This document shows positions 12,721 through 24,124 of a stretch of 32,000 nt of DNA, piece by piece. Each line of letters starts with the position of its first letter. Position 1 is the first letter of the stretch. The position numbers and the translations under genes were made by a program. Source of the DNA: Deinococcus radiodurans R1 = ATCC 13939 = DSM 20539 (GTDB taxonomy: Bacteria; Deinococcota; Deinococci; Deinococcales; Deinococcaceae); contig NC_001263.1 in assembly GCF_000008565.1 (NCBI RefSeq), positions 1,027,360-1,059,359 of the forward strand. The letters are read 5' to 3'. The notes under the pieces are model-generated. The model made no database searches and was not told where the DNA came from. It saw nothing but the letters and a program-made list of their open reading frames with translations.

Positions 12721-13463
12721 ATGAAATGTATTCCCCTGCTGCTGTCCCTCGGTCTGCTTGCCCTCAGCACCGCCCACGCCCAGAGCGGCTGCTTTGCCAA
12801 TGTCAAGAAAAACGGTCTGACGGTGGTGACGAGCCCCGACTACCCGCCCTTCGAGACGCTCGACGCCAACAACAAGGTGGTGGGGTTCGACATGGACCTG
12901 CTCAACGCCGTCGCCAAACACATGGCGTGAAAGTCAACCTCGTCACCCAGAGCTTCGACGGACTGGTGCCCAGCCTGCTGGCAAAGAAAGCCGACCTGAT
13001 CGCGGCGGGCATGACCGTGACCGAGGAGCGCAAAAAGAGCGTGCTGTTCAGCGTGCCTTACATCAGCGGCCCCAACGCCATCGTGATTCGCAAGGACACC
13101 CCCGGCATCAGCAAACTCAGCGACCTCTCTGGCAAGACGGTGGCCGTGCAGCTCGGCACCGCGCAGGAAAAGCTGGTCGGCGACGTCAAGGGCGCGAGCG
13201 TCAAGTCCTTTAACCTCTACACCGACGCGGCGATGGCGGTGCAGACCCGGCAGGCGCAGGCGATGGTGCTGCACAAGGTGGTCGCCAACTCGTTCGTCAA
13301 GGTCTATCCCGACCTCAAAATCGCGGGCACGCTCGGCAGCCTGAACACGTCGTTCGCTATGCGCAAAGACTGCGGAGACCTGCAAAACCGCGTCAACGCC
13401 GCGCTGATTCAGGTCCGCAAGAGCGGCGAGATGGACAAGCTCGTCGCCAAGTGGTTCAAGTAA
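12721..13463 (+). pseudogene. Polar amino-acid ABC transporter substrate-binding protein, 1-nt frameshift near 12924
   Basis: The N-terminal part (MKCIPLLLSLGLLALSTAHA...PDYPPFETLDANNKVVGFDMDLLNAVAKHMA*) stops at TGA 12928..12930. The rest of the family-3 SBP (GVKVNLVTQSFDGLVPSLLAKKADLIAAGMTVTEERKK...KLVAKWFK*) continues in the adjacent frame. One extra G in catg^gcg restores AKHMGVKVNLV. Confidence 0.85.
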
Positions 13464-13516
13464 AAGAGCAACCGGGGGTGCTGCCTTCCTAGCGGCGCTC
13501 CCATTCCCTGACCCTT

Positions 13517-14167
13517 ATGGACTTCAACCTCATTGTTCAGAATCTGCCCTTTTTGCTTCAGGGCGCCCTGATGACCATCAAAATCACGGCGCTTTCGCTG
13601 GTGCTGGGGGTGGTCGGGGGCACGCTGGTGGCGCTGGCGCGGCTGTCGCCTTTTAAGCCGCTCTCGTGGCTGGCGCTCACCTTTATCGAACTGGTGCGCG
13701 GCACGCCGCTGCTGGTGCAGATTTTCGTCATCTTCTTCGGGCTGCCGCAACTGCTGGAGCATCCCATCAACGAATTCTGGGCGGGCGTGGCGGCGTTTTC
13801 GGTCAACTCGGCGGCGTATGTGGCCGAAATCGTGCGCGCGGGCATTCAGGGTCTCCCGAAAGGGCAGACCGAAGCCTCGCGCTCGCTGGGCCTGAGCCCC
13901 GCGCAGACCATGCGGCACATCATCTTGCCGCAGGCGTTTACGCGGGTGCTGCCGCCGCTGGTCAACGAGGCCATCAGCCTGCTCAAAAACTCGTCGCTGC
14001 TCTCGGCCATTTCCATCGTCGAACTCACGCGCGCGGGGCAACTGGTGTCGAGCCGCACCTTCAAGCCGTTCGAGATGTACCTCGCCGTGTCGCTGATTTA
14101 TCTCGCCATGACGCTGTTTCTGAGCTGGGTGGCCCGCCGCCTCGAAGCCCGCTGGCAGGTGCGCTGA
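13517..14167 (+). CDS. Polar amino-acid ABC transporter permease (His/Glu/Gln/Arg type)
   Basis: 216-aa ORF, multi-TM, with conserved loop GLPKGQTEASRSLGLSPAQTMRHIILPQA and LLKNSSLLSAISIVELT. Confidence 0.9.
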   Translation: MDFNLIVQNLPFLLQGALMTIKITALSLVLGVVGGTLVALARLSPFKPLSWLALTFIELVRGTPLLVQIFVIFFGLPQLLEHPINEFWAGVAAFSVNSAAYVAEIVRAGIQGLPKGQTEASRSLGLSPAQTMRHIILPQAFTRVLPPLVNEAISLLKNSSLLSAISIVELTRAGQLVSSRTFKPFEMYLAVSLIYLAMTLFLSWVARRLEARWQVR

Positions 14168-14170
14168 GCC

Positions 14171-14742
14171 GTGCCGCGGGCCGAAACGAGGGCCGCCGCG
14201 CCCGACCGCTCCGCCCACATCGGCGCCCGGCTGCGCGCCATCCGGCAGCAAAAGCGCCTGACGCTCGAACAGGTGGTGCAGGGCAGCGGGCTGGACAAGT
14301 CCTACCTGTCGCGGCTAGAGCGCGACCTGACCACGCCGAGTGTCGCCACGCTGGTCAAGGTGTGCGACGCGCTCGGCATTCGCCCCGGCGAGCTGTTCGA
14401 CCCGCCCAAGACGCGCATCGTGCGCCGGGACAGCGCTCCCCTCGCCAACTTCGGTGGAGAAGGCGTAACCGAGCGGCTGCTCTCGCAGGGGCTGAGTGGC
14501 GAACTGATGGTGCTGCGCACCTCATCGACCCCGGCGGGCACGGCGGCGAACTGTACACCCTCGACGCCGACGTGTCTTTCGTCACCGTGCTGCGCGGGCA
14601 ACTGGAATTCGTGGTCGAGGACGCTCATTACTTTCTCGGCGAGGGCGACAGCCTGACCGTGTCCAGCCGCATTCCCCACACCTGGCGCAACCCGGCGGCG
14701 CAGGAAGCCGAGGTGCTGTGGGTGACCAGCCCTTTTTTGTAG
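14171..14742 (+). pseudogene. XRE-family HTH + cupin transcriptional regulator, 1-nt frameshift near 14518
   Basis: HTH in the ORF from 14171 (IGARLRAIRQQKRLTLEQVVQGSGLDKSYLSRLERDLTTPSVATLVKVCDALGI). The cupin barrel appears only in the adjacent frame (HLIDPGGHGGELYTLDADVSFVTVLRGQLEFVVEDAHYFLGEGDSLTVSSRIPHTWRN...SPFL*, stop at 14740..14742). One extra C gives ...MVLRHLIDP... GTG start 3 nt after the permease stop. Confidence 0.8.
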
Positions 14743-14769
14743 GAGCCGGCTTTTTCCGGAGGAAACTTC

Positions 14770-15906
14770 ATGCTCAAAACCGCCCAGACCACCCTGACAG
14801 AGGGCGTCATCAACCTCGCGGTAGGGCACCCCTCGCTGCACATGCTGCCGCTGCGTGAAATGGAACAGGCCGCCGCGCACCGCTTCGCGCAGGGCAATGC
14901 CGAATTTTTGCAGTACGGCTACGAGTGGGGCGACGGGTTCCTGCGCACCGAACTCGCCGCGTATCTGACTCGTGAATACGGCTTTCCCGTGTCTGCCGAG
15001 CAGACCTTCATCTCGGGCGGCACCTCGCAGGCGATTGACCTGTGCTGCGCGATGCTTACTCGCCCCGGCGACACGGTCATCGTAGAAGACCCTACTTACT
15101 TTTTTGCCTTCGGCATGTTCCGCGACCACGGACTGAACATCGTGACGGCGCCGGTAGACGAGCAGGGCCTCGACGTGGACGCCCTCGAAACACTGGTGGC
15201 GCAGCACCGGCCCAAGCTCGTTTACACCATCCCGGTGCATCAAAACCCCGCCGGCGTGACGCTGCCGCAGGAACGGCGCGAAAAGCTGGTGCGGCTGGCG
15301 CAGGAGCACGGCTTTACCATCCTGGCCGACGAGGTGTACCAGCTCCTCACCTTTGAGGGCACCCCACCGCCCAGTTTCGCCGCCTGGGCCGACACCGGGC
15401 AGGTCGTCAGCCTCGGCAGCTTTTCCAAGATTCTGGCCCCCGGCACCCGCCTCGGCTGGATCAATGCCCGCGAGGACGTGCTGGAGCGGCTCGCGCAAAA
15501 CGGTGCGCTGGTGAGCGGCGGCGGCTACAGCCCGCTGGGGGGCGGCATGGTCCGCAGCATGCTGGAGCTGGGGCTGCTCCCCGAGTACATCGGCAAGCTG
15601 CGCGAAACCTTTCGCCGCCGCTCGCGGGCGCTGGCAGACGCGCTCGACGAACTGCGCCCGCTGGGGCTGGATTTTCAGCGGCCTACCGGCGGATATTTCA
15701 TCTGGGTGACGCTGCCCGCTGGCGTGTCGGCCACCGAACTGTTGCCCCGCGCCCTCGACCACGGCGTGCGCTTTCAGCCCGGTCCTCTCTTTTCTCCGAA
15801 CGGCACCCAGACCGACAAAGCGCGGCTGTGCTTCGCCTTCTATGAGGAAGCAGAATTGGTGGAAGGCGTGCGGCGGCTGGGCGAAGTGTTGCGGCAAGTC
15901 AGATAA
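14770..15906 (+). CDS. PLP-dependent aminotransferase (class I/II fold type I)
   Basis: 378-aa ORF. Motifs PVHQNPAGVTL, ILADEVYQLL and the PLP-lysine motif SFSKILAPGTRLGW. GGAGGA RBS upstream. Confidence 0.9.
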   Translation: MLKTAQTTLTEGVINLAVGHPSLHMLPLREMEQAAAHRFAQGNAEFLQYGYEWGDGFLRTELAAYLTREYGFPVSAEQTFISGGTSQAIDLCCAMLTRPGDTVIVEDPTYFFAFGMFRDHGLNIVTAPVDEQGLDVDALETLVAQHRPKLVYTIPVHQNPAGVTLPQERREKLVRLAQEHGFTILADEVYQLLTFEGTPPPSFAAWADTGQVVSLGSFSKILAPGTRLGWINAREDVLERLAQNGALVSGGGYSPLGGGMVRSMLELGLLPEYIGKLRETFRRRSRALADALDELRPLGLDFQRPTGGYFIWVTLPAGVSATELLPRALDHGVRFQPGPLFSPNGTQTDKARLCFAFYEEAELVEGVRRLGEVLRQVR

Positions 15907-15955
15907 TGTCCTCCCCGCTCTTTGTCCTCGCCTCTCTGTCTCTGAAGGAGCCCCT

Positions 15956-17017
15956 ATGTCGCTTCCCTACCTCAACCTGCGCGAGATGGAACAGGCCGCC
16001 GCCGGGGTGCTGCCGCCCGCCGCCTTTGCCTACTACACCGGCGGCGCGAACGACGAGCACACCCTGCGCGAGAACCGCGAGGGCTACGCCCGGCTGAAGC
16101 TGCGGCCCCGGATGCTGGTGGACGTGTCGCACATCGACACCTCCACGACGGTGCTGGGCCTGCCGCTCGCCTTTCCGGTGGGTGTGGCCCCCTGCGCCCT
16201 GCACGGCCTCGTGCACCCCGACGCCGAAGTGGCGACTGCCCGCGCCGCCGCCAGCTTGGGCAGCCTGATGACGCTCTCGACCATGAGCCACCGGACCATC
16301 GAGGACGTGTCGGACGCGGCGGGCGGGCAGTTCTGGTTTCAGCTCTACCTCTACAAGGACCGCGAGGTCAGCCGCGCTCTGGTGCAGCGGGCCGAGGCCG
16401 CCGGAGCGCGGGCACTGGTGCTGACGGTGGACGCGCCGGTGCTGGGACGCCGCGAAGCCATCATCCGGACGCCCGTACACATCGAGCCTGGCACCGTGCT
16501 GCCCAACATCGGCCCCCGCGTGCCGGGCAGCGAGCATCTGGACGACCTCCAGTATTTCGACTCGCTGCTCGACCCCGCCATTACCTGGAACGACATCGGC
16601 TGGCTGCGCGGTATCACCGGGCTGCCGATTGTCCTCAAGGGGCTGCTCACCGCCGAGGACGTTGCCCTCGCCGTGCAGCACGGCTGCCACATCTGGGCGA
16701 GCAACCACGGCGGGCGGCAACTCGACACCGCCGTGACTGCCCTCGATGCCCTGCCCGAAATCGCGGAGGCGGCGAACGGACGGGCCGAGATTTATCTCGA
16801 CGGCGGCGTCACGCGCGGCACCGATGTCCTCAAAGCGCTCGCACTCGGGGCGAACGCGGTGTTTCTCGCCCGCGCCGTCCTTTACGGCCTCGCGCTGGCG
16901 GGGGAGGACGGCGCGCGGCACACGCTGGAGCTGCTGCGTGACGAGGTGCGGCTGGCAATGATGCTGTGCGGCAAAACGCAGGTGAGCGAGCTGGGGCCGG
17001 AGCTGATCTGGCGCTGA
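15956..17017 (+). CDS. FMN-dependent alpha-hydroxy-acid dehydrogenase/oxidase (L-lactate/glycolate oxidase family)
   Basis: Start reassigned to ATG 15956 (MSLPYLNLREMEQAA...) behind GAAGGAG (15944..15950). Family motifs YYTGGANDE, SNHGGRQLD and DGGVTRGTDVLKALALGA. Confidence 0.9.
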   Translation: MSLPYLNLREMEQAAAGVLPPAAFAYYTGGANDEHTLRENREGYARLKLRPRMLVDVSHIDTSTTVLGLPLAFPVGVAPCALHGLVHPDAEVATARAAASLGSLMTLSTMSHRTIEDVSDAAGGQFWFQLYLYKDREVSRALVQRAEAAGARALVLTVDAPVLGRREAIIRTPVHIEPGTVLPNIGPRVPGSEHLDDLQYFDSLLDPAITWNDIGWLRGITGLPIVLKGLLTAEDVALAVQHGCHIWASNHGGRQLDTAVTALDALPEIAEAANGRAEIYLDGGVTRGTDVLKALALGANAVFLARAVLYGLALAGEDGARHTLELLRDEVRLAMMLCGKTQVSELGPELIWR

Positions 17018-17053
17018 AGAGGGCGCGGGGGAGCCGCCGAGGGGTGTGAAACA

Positions 17054-17824
17054 ATGCCCGGCGTGGACTTTTTCAACGACCTTTCGACGCCCATGCAGGC
17101 GCTGCTGGCGACCATTTTCACCTGGTCGCTGACGGCGCTGGGCGCTTCGGCGGTGCTGTTTACCCGCTCGGTCAGCAACCGCTTGCTGAACATTGCGCAG
17201 GGGCTGGCGGCGGGGGTCATGCTGGCGGCGAGTTTCTGGTCCTTGCTCGCCCCCGCCATCGGCCTGCTGTTGGGCGCGGCGTTCGTGGGGCTGCTGGACA
17301 AGCTGCTGCCGCACCTGCACCCCGGCTTTTCGCACGGCGAGGCCGAGGGACCGCCCGCCCGCTGGTCGCAGGGCGCCTTGCTGCTGGCCGCCATGACCCT
17401 GCACAACTTTCCCGAGGGCATGGCGGTGGGCGTGTCCTTCGGTGCGGCGGGCGCAGGAGCCGGGGGCGCCACGCTGGGCGGCGCGCTGGCGCTGGCCCTC
17501 GGCATCGGCCTTCAGAACATTCCGGAAGGGCTGGCGGTGGCGCTGCCGCTGCGGGCTGCGGGGCTGTCACGGCGCCGGGCCTTCATGTTCGGACAGGCGT
17601 CGGCGCTGGTCGAGCCGGTGGGCGGCTGGCTGGGCGCGGCCTTCGTGGGCACGTCGCTCCCGCTGATGCCCTACGCCCTGAGTTTTGCGGCGGGCGCGAT
17701 GATTTTCGTCGTTATCGAGGAACTGATTCCCGAAGCGCAGCGCGGCGGCAATGCCGACATCGCCACACAGGCCACCTTGCTCGGCTTCGTGGCGATGATG
17801 ATTCTGGACGTGGCGCTGGGGTGA
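17054..17824 (+). CDS. ZIP-family divalent metal (zinc) transporter
   Basis: 256-aa multi-TM ORF with the paired ZIP signatures HNFPEGMAVG and LQNIPEGLAVA. Confidence 0.88.
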   Translation: MPGVDFFNDLSTPMQALLATIFTWSLTALGASAVLFTRSVSNRLLNIAQGLAAGVMLAASFWSLLAPAIGLLLGAAFVGLLDKLLPHLHPGFSHGEAEGPPARWSQGALLLAAMTLHNFPEGMAVGVSFGAAGAGAGGATLGGALALALGIGLQNIPEGLAVALPLRAAGLSRRRAFMFGQASALVEPVGGWLGAAFVGTSLPLMPYALSFAAGAMIFVVIEELIPEAQRGGNADIATQATLLGFVAMMILDVALG

Positions 17825-17845
17825 GGCGCTGGGCCGCTGAACGTC

Positions 17846-18259
17846 ATGTCCATCCCTCTCAGACGGTGGCCGCCGCAACCCGTTACCCTAAAACCTATAA
17901 AAAAGCTCCTCCCTGTGGTCCTGCTCGCCTCTGTTCTCACAGCCTGTGGGGGAGGCACTTCCACGCCGGGTACGTCCACGCCCAATACGCCGGCGGTGCC
18001 GAGCAGCGCGGTAGCCCCCAAGCTCTCCGGCTTCGTGCTGTCGGGGTCTCAGCACTCGCTTACAGTGAGCCTCAATGCCCCGGCTTCCTGCGTGTTCAAC
18101 TCGGCAGCGGGCAGCCTGAACATGACGGCGGCCACCCTCGAAGGTTCGCCCTACGCCTACGCCGTGTCTCTCTCCGGCAGCTATCCGAAGGCAAGCGTCA
18201 CCTGCACCAACTCGGCAGGCTCGGACACGCTCTCGCTTGGCAATCTCAGCGTCGGCTAA
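17846..18259 (+). CDS. Hypothetical lipoprotein
   Basis: 137-aa ORF. Lipobox KKLLPVVLLASVLTAC followed by a G/S/T/P-rich linker. No recognisable family. The exact start is uncertain because the signal begins about 17 aa after the first ATG. Confidence 0.55.
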   Translation: MSIPLRRWPPQPVTLKPIKKLLPVVLLASVLTACGGGTSTPGTSTPNTPAVPSSAVAPKLSGFVLSGSQHSLTVSLNAPASCVFNSAAGSLNMTAATLEGSPYAYAVSLSGSYPKASVTCTNSAGSDTLSLGNLSVG

Positions 18260-18458
18260 TACAAATTTCGATTGAATCCCGCAGTTTGGATTCAATCCAA
18301 GCGGATGCGAGAAAGAAAAAAGACGGGTTTCGCGGTGTGGAAGTACAGGCGACGCCTTTCCGACTGTGCTGGAATGGAGCGGAATCCGTCTAAGGCTCCT
18401 GCCCCCGCTTGGTGATGGGCCCCGTTCGGTGATGGGGGCTTTTCGCGTTCCAGACAGT

Positions 18459-18490
18459 AAAAAGGGCAGAAGGTTCCTCACCCTCTGCCC
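18459..18490 (-). terminator. Intrinsic terminator of the liv operon
   Basis: The minus strand reads GGGCAGAG-ggtgaggaacc-TTCTGCCC followed by TTTTT. It lies 20 nt downstream of the livF stop. Confidence 0.75.
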
Positions 18491-18509
18491 CTCCCGCTTT
18501 CTGAGTTCC

Positions 18510-19268
18510 CTACTCGTCGCCCAGGTACGCTTTCCGGACCGTCTCGTCCCGCGCGATGTCCTGCGCGTTGCCGCTGAGTTTGATTTCGCCGGTTTGCAGG
18601 ACGTAGGCGCGGTCGGCAATCGCCAACGCCATGCTCGCGTTCTGCTCCACCAGCAAGATGGTGGTGCCGCGCTCCTTGTTCAGCCGCTCGATGATGGAGA
18701 AGATGTTTTCCACGAAAAGCGGCGACAGGCCCATGCTCGGCTCGTCGAGGAGCAGCACTTTGGGCGCGATCATCAGGGCGCGGGCAATCGCCAGCATCTG
18801 CTGTTCGCCGCCCGACATGGTGCCCCCGAGCTGCGACTCGCGCTCGCGCAGGCGGGGAAACAGCTCGAAGCCTTCCTCGATGCGGGCGTTGATGGCGGCC
18901 TTGTCGTTCACCGTGTAGGCGCCGACTTCGAGGTTCTCGCGCACCGTCATCTGCGGGAAGATGCGCCGCCCTTCCGGCACGTGCGCCATGCCGCGCCCGA
19001 TGAGCTGGTGCGACGGCACGCCGGTCACGTTCTGGCCCAGGTACGTCACGCTGCCCGTCTTGGGCTTCATCATGCCGCTGATGGTGCGCAGGGTGGTCGT
19101 CTTGCCCGCCCCGTTGCCGCCGATCAGCGCCACGATTTCGCCCTCGTTCACGGTCATGTTCAGGCCCTTGAGCGCCTCGATCTGGCCGTAGTAGCTGTGG
19201 ACGTTTTGCAGCTCGAGCACCGGAGTGCCGCCCGCCGTGTGGGGGGCCACTGTTCGCACAGCCGTCAT
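18510..19268 (-). CDS. livF: Branched-chain amino-acid ABC transporter ATP-binding protein LivF
   Basis: Only the C-terminal 252 aa of track ORF 18510..20177 are genuine, starting MTAVRTVAPH at 19268. Walker A GGNGAGKTT, signature MSGGEQQ, Walker B VLLLDEPS. The start overlaps the livG stop (TGATG). Confidence 0.92.
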   Translation of the reverse strand: MTAVRTVAPHTAGGTPVLELQNVHSYYGQIEALKGLNMTVNEGEIVALIGGNGAGKTTTLRTISGMMKPKTGSVTYLGQNVTGVPSHQLIGRGMAHVPEGRRIFPQMTVRENLEVGAYTVNDKAAINARIEEGFELFPRLRERESQLGGTMSGGEQQMLAIARALMIAPKVLLLDEPSMGLSPLFVENIFSIIERLNKERGTTILLVEQNASMALAIADRAYVLQTGEIKLSGNAQDIARDETVRKAYLGDE

Positions 19269-20103
19269 CAGCGGGCCTCCTTGCCGTAGTTGCCCGCCGC
19301 CGCGCCGCTGCCGAGGTAAGCGGTCATCACCTCGGGGTTGTTGCGGATCTCGTGCGGCAGCCCCTCGGCCAGCTTGGAGCCGTAGTTGAGCACGGTGATG
19401 TTCTCGCTGAGCGTCATCACCAGCCGCATGTCGTGCTCGATGAGGACCACCGTCACGCCGAGTTCGTCGCGGATGGCGCGGATGAGCGCCTTGAGGTCTT
19501 CGGTTTCGCGGGGGTTCATGCCCGCCGCCGGTTCGTCGAGCAAAATCAGCTTGGGCGTGGTCGCCAGCGCGCGGGCGATTTCCAGTTTGCGCTGGTCGCC
19601 GTAGGGCAGATTGGTGGACAGCTCGCCGCGCCACTTGCTCAGGCCCACGAAATCGAGCATCAGCCGGGCGGTGTTGCGGGCTTCTTCCTCGTCTTTCTGA
19701 AAGCGGGCGGTGTGCAGCACCGAGTCCCAGAAGCCCCCGCGCAGCCGCACGCCGCGCCCCAGCATGATGTTTTCCTCGGCGGTCATGGAAGGAAAGAGGC
19801 GGATGTTCTGGAAGGTGCGGCTGATGCCCGCCTCCACCACCTGGTCGGGGCGCAGGCCCACGAGGCTGCGTCCGGCGAGGTTCACGGTGCCCCGGTCGGG
19901 CGCGTAGATGCCGGTAATCAGGTTGAAAAAGGTGGTCTTGCCCGCACCGTTGGGCCCGATCACGCTGATGATACGCCGCTCGGGTACCTGAAAGGTCACG
20001 TCGTTCACAGCGGTCAGCCCCCCGAACGACTTGGTGAGGTGCTGCACGTCCAGCAGGGGCGCGCTGGGTGCGGTGGGGGCGACCTGGGTCATTCTGATCT
20101 GGG

Positions 20104-20107
<4 letters not shown>
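19268..20107 (-). CDS. livG: Branched-chain amino-acid ABC transporter ATP-binding protein LivG
   Basis: 279-aa ORF. Walker A GPNGAGKTT, signature LPYGDQRKLEIARAL, Walker B LILLDEPAAG, and the LivG-type C-terminal region. ATGA overlap with the livM stop. Confidence 0.92.
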
Positions 20108-21519
<1,412 letters not shown>

Positions 21520-21522
21520 GGA

Positions 21523-22512
<990 letters not shown>

Positions 22513-22564
22513 AGTTTCCTTTCGTTCGCCTGCGGCATAAGCCGCCCCCGGTGCGCTCCCCGGC

Positions 22565-22621
22565 CCAAAAAAGTCAGCGGGGGAGCTTGGCAAGCTGTCG
22601 CCTCACTCCCCCGCTGACTTT
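22565..22621 (-). terminator. Intra-operon intrinsic terminator/attenuator between livK and livH
   Basis: Perfect 15-bp stem, + strand aaagtcagcggggga (22570..22584) / tcccccgctgacttt (22607..22621), 22-nt loop. On the coding (minus) strand a run of six T follows. A second hairpin ggctgcc-tg-ggcagcc lies at 22626..22641. Confidence 0.7.
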
Positions 22622-22670
22622 CTTCGGCTGCCTGGGCAGCCCCGGTTAGAACTTGGCGGCGCGACCAGTC

Positions 22671-23825
22671 TTATTTCCGCAGGACGTTGACCTGACCGGC
22701 GGTGGAGCGCTGGGCATTCTTGATGGCGATCACGTACATCTTGCCGGCCTTGCGGTCCCCGTTCTTGTCGAACTGCACGGTGCCGGTCAGCAGGTTGCCG
22801 AAGGTGCCGCTGCGAATGGCGGTTTCGACCTGGGCGCGGCTGGGGGCCTTGTTGCCGTTTTTCTTGGCGGCGTCGAGGATGCCCTGCAAGACCACCTTGG
22901 CCGAGTCGTAGCCCATGATGCCGTAGCCCTGCACGTCGCTGCCGAAGGCCTTCTTGAAGTTGCCGGCCATCGTCTTGGCGGCGGGCACGCTGTCGAGGGG
23001 GGGGGCGACGGTGGTGAAGTAGATGTTGTTCGCGCCCTGCGCCCCGGCGAGCTTGGCGAGTTCGTCGCTGTCCATGCCGTCGCCGCCGATCAGCGGCACC
23101 TGAACGCCCTTGGCGCGCAGCTGCTGCGCGAAGGGGCCGATCTGCCCGTAGAGGCCGCCGAAGTAGATGGCGTCGGGCTTGAGGGTCTGAATCTTGGTGA
23201 TGATGGCGGTGAAGTCGCGCTCCTCGGCGGCCACCCCTTCAGACTGCACGATCTGCACGCCCTTGGCCTTGAGGCGCTTTTCGGCCTCGCCGGAGAGCCC
23301 TTCGCCGTAGGGGGTCTTGTCGTTGATGACGTAGACCTTTTTCACCTTGAGGGTGCTCACCATGAAGTCGGCGCCCGCCGGGCCCTGCGCGTCGTCGCGG
23401 GCGCAGATGCGGTTCATGTTCTTCAGGCCACGGTCGGTCACCTTGGTGCCGGTGTTGGCGGGGCTGACCATCGCTACTTTGCTGGTGCTCAGCGCCTGCG
23501 AAGCGGGAATCGCCACGCCGGTGTTCAGGGTGCCCACCACGGCGAGCACGTTCTTGTCGGCGACCACGCGCCGGGCGGCGGCGGTGCCGGTGGCGGGGTC
23601 GGCCTGATCGTCGTAGGCGACGAGCGAGAGGTTCATGCCGAGCTTGGCGAACTCCGCCTTGTACTCGTTGACGGCGAGCTGCGCGCCGTTCTTGATCTGG
23701 AGGCCGAGGTTGCTGGAACTGCCCGAGAGCGGGCTGATGGTGGCGATCTTGACGGTGGTGGCGGCCTGAGCGCTGCCCAGGGCAAGGGCGGCGAGCGCAG
23801 CGAGACCAAAAGTCATCTTCTTCAT
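22671..23825 (-). CDS. livK: Branched-chain amino-acid ABC transporter substrate-binding protein (LivK/LivJ type)
   Basis: Start reassigned to ATG 23825 (MKKMTFGLAALAALALGSAQA signal peptide) behind GGAGGA. Type-I periplasmic binding fold resembling the Leu/Ile/Val-binding family. Confidence 0.9.
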   Translation of the reverse strand: MKKMTFGLAALAALALGSAQAATTVKIATISPLSGSSSNLGLQIKNGAQLAVNEYKAEFAKLGMNLSLVAYDDQADPATGTAAARRVVADKNVLAVVGTLNTGVAIPASQALSTSKVAMVSPANTGTKVTDRGLKNMNRICARDDAQGPAGADFMVSTLKVKKVYVINDKTPYGEGLSGEAEKRLKAKGVQIVQSEGVAAEERDFTAIITKIQTLKPDAIYFGGLYGQIGPFAQQLRAKGVQVPLIGGDGMDSDELAKLAGAQGANNIYFTTVAPPLDSVPAAKTMAGNFKKAFGSDVQGYGIMGYDSAKVVLQGILDAAKKNGNKAPSRAQVETAIRSGTFGNLLTGTVQFDKNGDRKAGKMYVIAIKNAQRSTAGQVNVLRK

Positions 23826-23888
23826 CGGTTCCTCCAGGTGTGAAAACGTCACGGACCCGTGTCCGCACGTTGGTTCTGAGGTGGCCCG

Positions 23889-23917
23889 ATTTTAAAGATG
23901 CCTTTAGGAAAAGTCAA
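23889..23917 (-). promoter_or_regulatory. Sigma70-like promoter of the liv operon
   Basis: The minus strand reads TTGACT (rc of 23912..23917), exactly 17 nt of spacer, then TAAAAT (rc of 23889..23894). It sits in an AT-rich tract about 60 nt upstream of the livK ATG. Confidence 0.6.
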
Positions 23918-24124
23918 TGCAATTTGAGCCCTGCTGTCAACAATTTCTGTTGCCGAAAATTGCCCTTTCCTTAGAATAAATGCCGACTTTTGCAATAACC
24001 CGGCAATTTTTCTTGGACGGCTCAGAATTGGTCTACTCAGGGTGTCCGGGCGGGCTGCTCAGGCTGGAGCTGGCCCCGTCTGGGGAGCGGAAGCCCGAGC
24101 ATAGGCCGTGAATGCTGCCCTGCG

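Noticed and set aside
12645-12921. Longer N-terminal extensions of the GlcD-like oxidase (ATG 12645, ATG 12705, or the track start 12921)
   Set aside because: 12921 and 12705 would overlap the divergent binding-protein gene and its promoter. The added residues (…GNTFHGTTSRMSAQLYAKFRFNLHPLQPGC) are not oxidase-like. ATG 12582 has the leaderless-type GATACT 6 nt upstream. 12645 is retained only as an alternative.
18271-18305. tRNA-like T-arm appearance (ttgg-attcaat-ccaa) suggesting a tRNA gene or fragment
   Set aside because: No complementary acceptor-stem 5' strand, D-arm or anticodon arm can be built from the flanking 80 nt. The loop is not the canonical TTCRANN in the correct register.
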